From NCBI GenBank assembly GCA_022562795.1, contig JADFOP010000016.1:1-38224 (forward strand): a DNA stretch of 38,224 bases, read 5' to 3'. The DNA comes from Nitrospinota bacterium. Its GTDB lineage: Bacteria; JADFOP01. Made by a program: the position numbers and the translations under genes. The notes beneath the pieces were generated by a model, which had not been told where the DNA came from, ran no database searches, and saw only the letters and a list, made by a program, of their open reading frames with translations. Below, piece after piece: positions 30,665 to 38,224 of the stretch; within the stretch, counting starts at the first letter, position 1, and each line of letters starts with the position of its first letter.

Positions 30665-30973
30665 CTAGTGCACCGCCTCGCTGTGGACCCTCCCCGCAAG
30701 AGGAATTCCCGCAGTCATCTCCCTGTAATGAGCTCTGATCGGGACCAGGAGTTGAATATTTGCGATCTCGGCGGAGTGGATGAACGGACCCTTATCCTCT
30801 CTCAGTTGGGTGGCGAGGGGCTTGCAAACAAGCGAAGCGAAGACGACCTCGGCATTCTCAAAGCCTATCTCCACGTAGTGGATGAGGAAGTGATCCTCCC
30901 ACTCCATGCCCTCAAGCGAGGCAATGCAAAAGGGACAGACCTTGAGATGTGGTTGATAGCTAACAGTTTTCAC
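30665..30973 (-). CDS. Hypothetical protein with C-x2-C-x11-H-x3-H motif
   Basis: 102 aa; CPFC...HFLIH; GTG overlaps the upstream TGA (GTGA). Confidence 0.65.
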   Translation of the reverse strand: MKTVSYQPHLKVCPFCIASLEGMEWEDHFLIHYVEIGFENAEVVFASLVCKPLATQLREDKGPFIHSAEIANIQLLVPIRAHYREMTAGIPLAGRVHSEAVH

Positions 30974-31587
30974 TTTTTCAAAAACCCATACCTAGGCTGT
31001 CCGGTCCTACCGCTTGTCCTGGGACCGCTGGAGGACTCATCCCTGACGGGGGGGTCGGGCTGGTTCTCTCGGGCCTTTTCGGCCGGCCGGACCGTCATTT
31101 CGTACGGAATGCCGCAGTATACGTATCGGCCAGCTTCCATGACCAGCTCGCCTCGGTGCCATCGGCAACCCTTGCAGGTTGTCTCAAGAGGCACGAAGCG
31201 GTTCTCCTGCGCCAGGGTTGATTCCAACGGGCAGTGGACGAGCTCCACCTCCCAGCGCTTGACTATATCGACGGCGATGGGGTGGTTGCAGATGGGCCCC
31301 AGGTCCTCCGTCCAGCCGCTTCGGAAGGAGCAGCTGTAGCAGAGCTCGATCGGCACCCGCCCGTCGGGCACGTTCGGGTCTTGGACCTCAAACAGGTAAA
31401 AGGGGCAGGTGACGACCGCCCGGCCCGCCATTCGCAGAGCCCAGCAGTCCTCGCAGACGTCGTCCTGCTCGGGGATGGGCTTGGTCAGCTCGCAGAGGCG
31501 GCAGAGCTTGTCGGCGAGGTAGCGGATCTCTTCGCCTTCCTCCTCCAGGACCGGCAGCGGGATTGTGGCTGACTCAGCGCGACCCAT
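30970..31587 (-). CDS. Hypothetical 12-Cys protein with an internal repeat
   Basis: 205 aa from ATG 31587 (TGATG overlap with upstream gene); CRLC, CEDC, then two CP...VPxE..CxxC...C..P units. Confidence 0.8.
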   Translation of the reverse strand: MGRAESATIPLPVLEEEGEEIRYLADKLCRLCELTKPIPEQDDVCEDCWALRMAGRAVVTCPFYLFEVQDPNVPDGRVPIELCYSCSFRSGWTEDLGPICNHPIAVDIVKRWEVELVHCPLESTLAQENRFVPLETTCKGCRWHRGELVMEAGRYVYCGIPYEMTVRPAEKARENQPDPPVRDESSSGPRTSGRTGQPRYGFLKK

Positions 31588-31805
31588 CAGGCGGTTCCTA
31601 CCACTTCGCACTTTGGGCACTCTACGCACGGCATGGCTCGTTCCTCGGCCCTGGTGATGCCGCAGAATGAGCACCATACGGAGAGGCGGCGCATGGAGGC
31701 GAAGTGGTCCTCGTCGATCGAGGCCCACTCGCGGTGGATGGGCTCGCTGCATGCCGAGCAGCGGGTCACGCCCGCGATGTCGTCGTAGATGATAGGCGTT
31801 GCCAC
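31587..31805 (-). CDS. Hypothetical 7-Cys small protein
   Basis: 72 aa; CSAC, CSFC, CVECPKC; GGAGG 5 nt before GTG 31805. Confidence 0.75.
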   Translation of the reverse strand: MATPIIYDDIAGVTRCSACSEPIHREWASIDEDHFASMRRLSVWCSFCGITRAEERAMPCVECPKCEVVGTA

Positions 31806-31870
31806 GACGTCCTCCACTGGGCGTCGGGAGCGACCAGCCGGTCGGCCCCGTTTAACTTCAATTGATTATT

Positions 31871-31887
31871 ATGCAAAATTCGTGCCT
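31871..31887 (-). promoter_or_regulatory. sigma54 (RpoN) -24/-12 promoter
   Basis: Minus strand AGGCACGAATTTTGCAT versus consensus TGGCACG-N4-TTGCW; GG-N10-GC spacing exact. Confidence 0.82.
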
Positions 31888-31937
31888 CTAGTTTGGTTCT
31901 GCGAAACATGATGTTGGAGAATGTTATAAAATCGGTG

Positions 31938-31950
31938 TAAGCGATTGATT
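31938..31950 (-). promoter_or_regulatory. IHF binding site
   Basis: Minus strand AATCAATCGCTTA matches WATCAA-N4-TTR; lies between the sigma54 box and the palindrome. Confidence 0.65.
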
Positions 31951-31988
31951 AAGCTAGGATAGCGGGGATGGTCGGCCTCGTTGAGGGT

Positions 31989-32002
31989 GTCAATATATTG
32001 AC
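31989..32002. promoter_or_regulatory. Candidate enhancer (UAS) for a sigma54 activator
   Basis: Perfect palindrome GTCAATATATTGAC about 130-140 nt upstream of the inferred TSS. Confidence 0.6.
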
Positions 32003-32107
32003 GATAAGATGCACCCTTTGTTCATGTTATGGCGCATAATGTAACATCCGTGATGCATGGGTCATTTTCCGGAAATTTCCGAATGTGGAACAGAATCCCT
32101 CGCCGGC

Positions 32108-32165
32108 GCCGCCTCCTGACCTTTGTACTGAAGCTGGTAGAGGGTATGGGAGCGGCCCCGGCGGG
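32108..32165 (-). repeat. Duplicate of the near-3' end of the ABC exporter gene (direct repeat of 32769-32826)
   Basis: Ungapped at offset 661; 42-nt core 32108-32149 has 2 mismatches (CAC/CAT, CTC/CTT). Confidence 0.9.
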
Positions 32166-32230
32166 GCCGGGCAGACGGAGTCAGCCCGGCCGGGGATGAG
32201 GTAGGCTAAGGAATGATGACGAGGGTGTTC

Positions 32231-32575
32231 CTACCACCTGCCCTTGCCCTGGCCCTTGCCGGGATGGGAGCTCGGACCATGACCGGAGGATGAGCCTAGG
32301 CCGGTGGGACTCGAGCCCCAGGAGCGCTCCACGGTGGCGCCCGAGTGGGGCTCTTTCTCGAGGATCATGGTCTTCTCGCCGTGGCCGATAGTCTTATCCA
32401 TAAGCATACCCGTCTCTGGATCGTAGGTCTTCGTCATCGTGCCGCCCTCGCCCAGGGTTTTTTCCGTCACCTCGGCCTTAGGGGGCTTTTTCCCCATGGC
32501 CCAGGCCGAGCCGGCCAGGAACACGACCGAAATCCCCACGACCAGTACGCCTCGCCTTAACCGTTGGCGCTTCAT
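32231..32575 (-). CDS. Small secreted hypothetical protein
   Basis: SD aaggaggg, signal peptide ending in AWA, G/S/K-rich tail HPGKGQGKGRW. Confidence 0.75.
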   Translation of the reverse strand: MKRQRLRRGVLVVGISVVFLAGSAWAMGKKPPKAEVTEKTLGEGGTMTKTYDPETGMLMDKTIGHGEKTMILEKEPHSGATVERSWGSSPTGLGSSSGHGPSSHPGKGQGKGRW

Positions 32576-32743
32576 CGTTAGATCCCTCCTTACCTTCGGG
32601 TTTCTTCTCTCACCGTATAATAGCAGACGAGAGTTTCCCTGTCCCTCGGACTTTACCCTCTAGACCCGCCCGCGCCCCCCCGGATTGGATCGATCGGCGG
32701 GTGTTTGGCTCCTCTTCGGACTCCCATTGCGCCCGCCTCCTCC

Positions 32744-34567
32744 TCACCGAGCAACCTCCCGGCCTGATGCCGCCTCCTGACCTTTGTACTGGAGCTGGTA
32801 GAGGGTGTGGTATAAGCCCCGGCGGGCGAGGAGCTCCTGGTGGGTTCCCTCCTCCCTCAGGCGGCCCTTGTGGAGCACGAGAATGCGGTCGGCCCCCTGG
32901 ATGGTCGAGAGCCGATGGGCGATGACGATGGCGGTCCGGCCTTCGAGCAGCACCTGGAGTGCCTCCTGGATGAGGCCCTCTGTCTCGGTATCTACGCTCG
33001 AGGTGGCCTCGTCGAGCACCAGGATGGGGCGGTCGAAGGCCAGGGCCCGGGCGAAGGCGATGAGCTGGCGCTGGCCCGCAGAGAGGTTGCGGCCCCGCTC
33101 GGCAACGGGCATTCTCAACCCGGAGGGGTGGGCGTGGACGAAGCGGCCCGCCCTGGAGGCCTCCACGGCGCGGGCGACCGCCTCGGTGTTAAGGCCCTCG
33201 CCGAGCCGGACATTTTCCTCCACAGTCCCGGCGAAGAGGAAGACGTCTTGGAGGACCAGGGCGATGCGGCGGCGCAGCTGCTCGATCTCAAGGGAGCGGA
33301 TGTCCACGCCGTCGAGGAGGATGCGGCCCCGCCCGACCTCGTAGAAGCGCTCCAGCAGCTTGATGATCGTGGTCTTGCCCGCCCCCGTGGCTCCGACGAT
33401 TGCGACCGTCTCTCCCGGCTCGGCCCGGAAGGATAGGTCGCGCAAGACCCACTCATCCTCGCCGTCGTAGCTGAACCAGACACCCTCGAAAGCCACTGCT
33501 CCGCCGCGCTCGGGCGCGCGGGCGGGCAGACGGGCCGGCTCGGTCGGTGAAGCCACTGTGGGGGTGGCGTCCAGGAGGGTGAAGGTCCGCTCAAGGGAGG
33601 CCATTGCCTGCTGCATGATGGTGAACTTGGCCGAAAGGTCCCGGATGGGCAGGAAAAACCGCTGTACGTACTCGAAAAAGGCCACCAGCACGCCGAAGGT
33701 AAGGGCCCCTCGGAGAATCTCGCCGCCGCCGTACCAGACGAGCATGGCCAGGGTGACCGAGGCGAGGGTATCGACGACGGTGTAGAAGGAAGCGTCGTAT
33801 ATGTTGGAGCGATGGTTGGCCCGGAAGTGCTCGTCGTTGATGGCTCGGAAGGCCTCGAAATTGCGCCCCTCTCGGCCGAAGAGCTGAACCACCTTCATGC
33901 CGATAATGTTCTCCTGGAGGTATGCGTTGAGTCGCGCCACGAGCAGCCGGATGGCGCGGAAGGCATCCCTGATGCGGGCCCGGAAGAAGAGGGCGATGAG
34001 GGCCAGCGGGGGCAGCACCGTGTAGGTCACCAGGGCGAGCTTGGGCGCGATGAGCCACAGCACCACTACGATTCCCAAGAGCATCGCAACGTCGGCCACG
34101 ATGGCCACTATGCCGGAGGCGAACATATCGCTCACCGCCTCGGTATCGCTGGTCAGACGCGTGACCAGCCTTCCGACCGGGTTTCGGTCGAAGAAGCGGC
34201 CGTCCTGGCGCTGGAGGTGGGCGAAGAGCTCCCGTCTTAGGTCGAGGACCACCCGCTGGCCAGCCAGGTTCATCCAGTAGAGCTGGCCGAAGCGGGCGGC
34301 GAACTCCAATACGATGGCGGCGAGGAAGGCCGCCAGCACGAGGCCGATCCCGGAAAGGGCGCCAGGTACGATGTGATTATCGATGACGACCTTGATGAGG
34401 TAGGGCTGGGCCAGCCCGGCCAGGGTCGAAACGGGCATGAGGAGTAGCGAGAAGAGCAGCCACCGGCGGTGGGGACGAACGAAGGGCCAGAGCCTTCGGA
34501 CGAGCCTGGCGTCGTAGGCCCTTCCGAGGATTGCCTCCTCCCGGAATGGATCTGGTCGCATGGTCAT
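32744..34567 (-). CDS. ABC exporter half-transporter (TMD+NBD), MdlB-like
   Basis: TMD with FFDRNPVGRLVTRLTSD; Walker A GATGAGKTT, signature LSAGQ, Walker B ILVLDE, AHR; start likely 34567 or 34561. Confidence 0.93.
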   Translation of the reverse strand: MTMRPDPFREEAILGRAYDARLVRRLWPFVRPHRRWLLFSLLLMPVSTLAGLAQPYLIKVVIDNHIVPGALSGIGLVLAAFLAAIVLEFAARFGQLYWMNLAGQRVVLDLRRELFAHLQRQDGRFFDRNPVGRLVTRLTSDTEAVSDMFASGIVAIVADVAMLLGIVVVLWLIAPKLALVTYTVLPPLALIALFFRARIRDAFRAIRLLVARLNAYLQENIIGMKVVQLFGREGRNFEAFRAINDEHFRANHRSNIYDASFYTVVDTLASVTLAMLVWYGGGEILRGALTFGVLVAFFEYVQRFFLPIRDLSAKFTIMQQAMASLERTFTLLDATPTVASPTEPARLPARAPERGGAVAFEGVWFSYDGEDEWVLRDLSFRAEPGETVAIVGATGAGKTTIIKLLERFYEVGRGRILLDGVDIRSLEIEQLRRRIALVLQDVFLFAGTVEENVRLGEGLNTEAVARAVEASRAGRFVHAHPSGLRMPVAERGRNLSAGQRQLIAFARALAFDRPILVLDEATSSVDTETEGLIQEALQVLLEGRTAIVIAHRLSTIQGADRILVLHKGRLREEGTHQELLARRGLYHTLYQLQYKGQEAASGREVAR

Positions 34568-34622
34568 GCTTGGGGACCTCTCATATCCGAAACAGATAGA
34601 CGGGCCCGCCTCCTCTGCACGG

Positions 34623-36452
34623 TTACCCTTCCACCGCCTCGAGGGCCTCCTCGAGCCGCTGGCGCTCGACCAGATCGGCATAGAGGCCCCCAGCCCGCAT
34701 GAGCTCGGCGTGGCTGCCCCGCTCGACGATACGGCCGTCGTCGAGGACGATAATCTGGTCTGCTCCCCGGACGGTCGAAACCCGATGGCTGATGACAATC
34801 TTCGTCATCCCACGGGTTGTCTCCTCGAGGGAGCGGAGAATCGCCTCCTCCGTCTCGGTATCCACGGCGCTCAAGGCGTCGTCGAGAATGAGAATCGTCG
34901 GCTCCAGGCATAGCGCCCGGGCGAGGGCCACCCGCTGGCGCTGCCCGCCGCTTAAGGTGATCCCCCGCTCGCCCACGACGCTCTCCAGCCCCGCCGGGAA
35001 GGCGGCGACCTCTTCAGCGAGGCTCGCCACCCGGCTCAGCCGCTCGATCTCGTGGGCGGGCGCATCCGGGCGGCCGAAGGCGATATTCTCAGCGATGGTC
35101 GCAGAGAAGAGGAAGCTCTCCTGAGGGACGAAGCCCGTGCGGGCCCTAAGGTCGGCGAGCCGGAGGCGGTTGACGTCCACGCCGTCGGTGAAGACGGTAT
35201 CGTCCGGAGGCCGGTAGAGGCGGGCCATTAGCCGCACCAGGGTGGACTTGCCGCTTCCCGTCCGACCCACTATGGCTAAGGTGGTGCCGGGCTCGACCGT
35301 GAAGGAGACCCCCTTGAGGACGGGCTCCGAGGTAGCGGGCTGGCCGTCGTCTTCCGGCCGCCCGAAGCCGTTGTAGCCGAAGGTAAGGTTGCGGACCTCG
35401 ATCCGTCCTGCCAGAGCCGTCATGGCTACGGCGTCAGGTCGGTCGGCGGCCTCGCTAGGGGTCGCCAAAACAGCCTGGATGCGGGTGAGAGCCGACAGGC
35501 CCCTTTGGATTACGGTTAGAATCCACCCCATTGCGATCGTCGGCCAAAGCAGGAGGCCGAGATAGGCGTGGAAGGCGACGAAGTCGCCCAGGGTCAGGCG
35601 TCCGAGAATCACCTCACGGCCGCCCACCCCGATGACGATGAGGGTCGCGAGCGACGCAATGGCGCCGAGCAGCGGGTAGACCACCCCCCGGGCTCGGACC
35701 ATTTCCATGCTCCGCCGGTAGTAGGCGTCGCACTCGGCTTCGAATGCCGCCTGGGTTGAGCTCTCCTGGACGTAGGCCTGCACCACCGCGATGCCTGCGA
35801 CCGTCTCCTGGACCCGGGTCGAGATGGCGGAGAGTGCCTCCTGGATACGGGTCGAGAGGTCGTAGAGACGGCGGGTGTAGCGTTTGGCGAAGAGGAACAT
35901 TAATGGGTATGGGGCCAGGGCGCAGAGGGTGAGGAAGGGGCTCAGCAGCATCATCATGGTGATGGCCGCGGCGTAGGCTATCGCCGTGTTGGCGACCTGG
36001 AGGATTCCGGGGCCGATGAGCATCCGGATGTCGGAGGTGTCGTTGATGGCCCGCGAGAGGATGTCGCCCACCCGGGTGCGGTCGTAGAAGGCGGGCGGCA
36101 GGTGGAGGAGGTGGCCGAACAGGTCGTTTCGGATGTCGTACTCCACCCGGCGGCCAGCCCAGTAGATGACCACCCGACTGGCAACGCGGAAGGCCCCGCC
36201 GAGCAGAGCCGCCGCGACAATCGCCCAAGCCAGTGGGCCCACGACAGCACGGCCCCCTCCGGCTCTTATCGCCTCGATGGCCCACTTCAGCAGCCATGGG
36301 ATGGCCATTACGCAGGCGTTGGTGGCCAGAAGCGCCGCCAGGCCCACCGAGACGGCGAGGCTGTACCGGCGGTAGTAGGCGACGATGGCCTGGAGGTTGG
36401 TCCTGTTGATGTGCCGGGCCTGGTGGGACCAGGCCTTCGGGTCGTGTGTCAT
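34623..36452 (-). CDS. ABC exporter half-transporter (TMD+NBD), MdlA-like
   Basis: Walker A GRTGSGKST, LSGGQRQR, degenerate Walker B ILILDD, SHR; start uncertain (ATG 36452). Confidence 0.93.
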   Translation of the reverse strand: MTHDPKAWSHQARHINRTNLQAIVAYYRRYSLAVSVGLAALLATNACVMAIPWLLKWAIEAIRAGGGRAVVGPLAWAIVAAALLGGAFRVASRVVIYWAGRRVEYDIRNDLFGHLLHLPPAFYDRTRVGDILSRAINDTSDIRMLIGPGILQVANTAIAYAAAITMMMLLSPFLTLCALAPYPLMFLFAKRYTRRLYDLSTRIQEALSAISTRVQETVAGIAVVQAYVQESSTQAAFEAECDAYYRRSMEMVRARGVVYPLLGAIASLATLIVIGVGGREVILGRLTLGDFVAFHAYLGLLLWPTIAMGWILTVIQRGLSALTRIQAVLATPSEAADRPDAVAMTALAGRIEVRNLTFGYNGFGRPEDDGQPATSEPVLKGVSFTVEPGTTLAIVGRTGSGKSTLVRLMARLYRPPDDTVFTDGVDVNRLRLADLRARTGFVPQESFLFSATIAENIAFGRPDAPAHEIERLSRVASLAEEVAAFPAGLESVVGERGITLSGGQRQRVALARALCLEPTILILDDALSAVDTETEEAILRSLEETTRGMTKIVISHRVSTVRGADQIIVLDDGRIVERGSHAELMRAGGLYADLVERQRLEEALEAVEG

Positions 36453-36644
36453 GGGGCCGTCCGTGGTAAGGTTGCTCTGGAGGGCGGCCCTGGAGCCCGC
36501 CCTCGGCCTTTGACTACCGGGATCGCGGTGTTTCCCCTCGTATCCGTCCAAGATAGCCGACGGGCGGGGAGCTGTCCAGAGGGCCCCGGAGGGGCGCCGG
36601 ATCAATCAAACGAAATCTTCGCCATAAATAAGGAGGTTCAACAG

Positions 36645-36914
36645 ATGCCGAAATACGTCGTCATCGGTACCTACGCGGAGGATGCCGTAACGAAGAGGGA
36701 GCCATACCGGGCCGAGCACCTGGCCCGCCTGCAGGCTCTCAAAGACGAAGGGAAGGTGGTGACCATCGGGCCGACGAAGGATGTAACGAAGCTCTTCGCC
36801 ATCCTGGAGGTCGAGGGCGAGGACGAGGCCCGCCGCCTCATCGAGGAAGACCCCTACTGGACCGGAGGCATCTGGACCGGCTACGAGCTACACGAGTGGA
36901 TACAGGCCTTTTGA
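36645..36914 (+). CDS. YciI family protein
   Basis: 89 aa; R..YRAEHL.RL, GP, DPYW..G; SD aaggagg before ATG 36645. Confidence 0.88.
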   Translation: MPKYVVIGTYAEDAVTKREPYRAEHLARLQALKDEGKVVTIGPTKDVTKLFAILEVEGEDEARRLIEEDPYWTGGIWTGYELHEWIQAF

Positions 36915-37013
36915 GGAAAGTCTAGGGGGCGGGGAAAAGGAGAGGGCGCCGCCTGGCCCCGCCCTCTGCACAAAGTCACCTGCCGTCACATATTTCTTTT
37001 CATTGTCGTCCGC

Positions 37014-37805
37014 CTACTTCAAAATCAAAATGGTGATGTGGGCGTCGAGGAGAGTGTGGGGCTCGTCGGTGTCGTAGGTGAAGGAGAGCACGCCATCGCC
37101 GCTTGCGCCGGCGAATTTCTTTGTGCCGCCCGTGATCTTAAACACGGTGGTGACGGTGTTGTGCGTATCGGTGTGGGTGAAATCGAACACGCCCGCCGGC
37201 GGATGGCCGCCTACCGTGGTGAATACCTTCACCTCACAGTTGTAGCCGCCGAGGATTATGCCGTTGATGGTCGCGCCGTTTTTCTTGGTGATCTTGATGA
37301 TTCCGGTGAAGGTGCGAGTGCCGACATCAAGACCACTGGAACTAAAGTTGTCTCCCTTCCCGTCGGCGGCAAACGGGAACTCATCGCCTGGTATTAGGGT
37401 TAGCGGAGCGGTTACATTTTCTGTGCTCACGCCGGCGTGGGTGTGGATTCGGACCAGGGTTCTGGGGTTATAGCTGGTGTATGCGAGGGCGCATGGTCCT
37501 GCTGGGTCAACTCCGCCGTCCAGCGCGTAGGAGTTAAAAGTCCACGCGGCGCTCTGCTCGACGGTGGCCCTACCGATGCCCCCGATCCGCCCCCTGAATT
37601 TGGTTTCGCCGCTATCCTCGAACACAGGGGCACCGGAGAAGTCGCCAGTGCGGTTATCGTAATGATGGATCAGCCAGATTTCATTTTTAGGGGCCTTGAG
37701 CCGGCCGAACTTGCGCTTCGGCTTGGCACTGGCTGGGGTGGTGGTAACAACACCAAAGGCCACCACAAGGACCGCTACGGCTAATAAAGTTGCCAGTCTT
37801 CTCAT
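37014..37805 (-). CDS. Secreted beta-rich hypothetical protein with dirigent/allene-oxide-cyclase-like C-terminal motif
   Basis: SD aaggagg before ATG 37805; signal peptide ending in ASA; FKITGGTKKFAGASGDG resembles the ITGGTG.F.GA.G barrel motif. Confidence 0.7.
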   Translation of the reverse strand: MRRLATLLAVAVLVVAFGVVTTTPASAKPKRKFGRLKAPKNEIWLIHHYDNRTGDFSGAPVFEDSGETKFRGRIGGIGRATVEQSAAWTFNSYALDGGVDPAGPCALAYTSYNPRTLVRIHTHAGVSTENVTAPLTLIPGDEFPFAADGKGDNFSSSGLDVGTRTFTGIIKITKKNGATINGIILGGYNCEVKVFTTVGGHPPAGVFDFTHTDTHNTVTTVFKITGGTKKFAGASGDGVLSFTYDTDEPHTLLDAHITILILK

Positions 37806-38063
37806 AACCTTCCTCCTTTCTGTCCGCGCCAAGCCGTATGCGCGTTCCTACGGCTCGGAGACCACGGTCCTACCCTCCTTGGGAGGACTAGGTCCAACCA
37901 CGTACAATGCACTTCGTTGGTTTTGATAAGGTGCGTAGGCTATGTATAGATATATTATATATCGATACATATAGAGTTATTCCTCATTTGTTCAGCTTCG
38001 CGCGGGAATGTTCTCTGAGAGAGAAGGGGTGCGTCCAGGCCGCCTGACGGCTACCTTTACCAC

Positions 38064-38104
38064 AAAAAAAGCCCTCCACCAAGATTCCTCCTGACGGAAG
38101 GCTT
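38064..38104 (-). terminator. Intrinsic terminator inside the leader of the 37805 gene
   Basis: Minus strand gccttccgtcagga-ggaa-tcttggtggagggc followed by 7 T. Confidence 0.75.
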
Positions 38105-38180
38105 CATCACCTTCCCCACTAGCGTTCATCCTCAAACGCTAAGTGAAGAGACTATTGAAATTTTTTATTTTTCGAAACCT

Positions 38181-38209
38181 ATCATACTATAAAACAAAAA
38201 TCATGTCAA
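38181..38209 (-). promoter_or_regulatory. sigma70 promoter
   Basis: Minus strand TTGACA-17 nt-TATGAT in AT-rich context. Confidence 0.78.
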
Positions 38210-38224
38210 GAAAACTTTTTCCGT

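Noticed and set aside
30668-31339. 223-aa plus-strand ORF
   Set aside because: Antisense to the coupled Cys-rich operon, which has an SD, codon overlaps and a promoter
31588-31752. N-terminal extension of the 260-aa ORF
   Set aside because: Overlaps the 72-aa Cys-rich gene in another frame; TGATG coupling points to a start at 31587
32744-36452. Degenerate Walker B (DD) and LSAGQ signature as pseudogene signs
   Set aside because: One degenerate ATP site is normal for heterodimeric TmrAB/MdlAB-type exporters

Overview
GC-rich bacterial chromosome segment. The gene order (rplM-rpsI-argC-argJ-rpsB, short EF-Ts, stand-alone PASTA gene before rpe) suggests a Deltaproteobacteria/Nitrospirota/Nitrospinota-like lineage, by inference only. 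Positions 1-1150 hold a REP-associated tyrosine transposase (RAYT) among GTAG-type REPs, several altered by small palindromic inserts. Positions 1.1-27.6 kb are housekeeping: pta, glycerate kinase, priA-def-fmt-rsmB-PASTA-rpe, rpsP-khpA-rimM-trmD-rplS-rnhB-(secreted orphan)-yraN, rplM-rpsI-argC-argJ, rpsB-tsf-pyrH-frr-uppS-cdsA-dxr-pgpA-pncC-thpR-recA-recX. Positions 27.6-32.7 kb are an accessory patch between the convergent recX and ABC-exporter genes. At both edges a small cargo sits between the intact gene and a diverged duplicate of that gene's 3' end, with no integrase in the window. The left cargo is a toxin-first RelE/XRE toxin-antitoxin pair whose toxin (absent from the ORF track) has one in-frame amber codon. 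Inside the patch is a coupled three-gene operon of unrecognised Cys-rich proteins behind a candidate sigma54 promoter (-24/-12, IHF site, palindromic enhancer). The window ends with a heterodimeric ABC exporter, a YciI-family gene, and a secreted protein preceded by a structured leader with a terminator.
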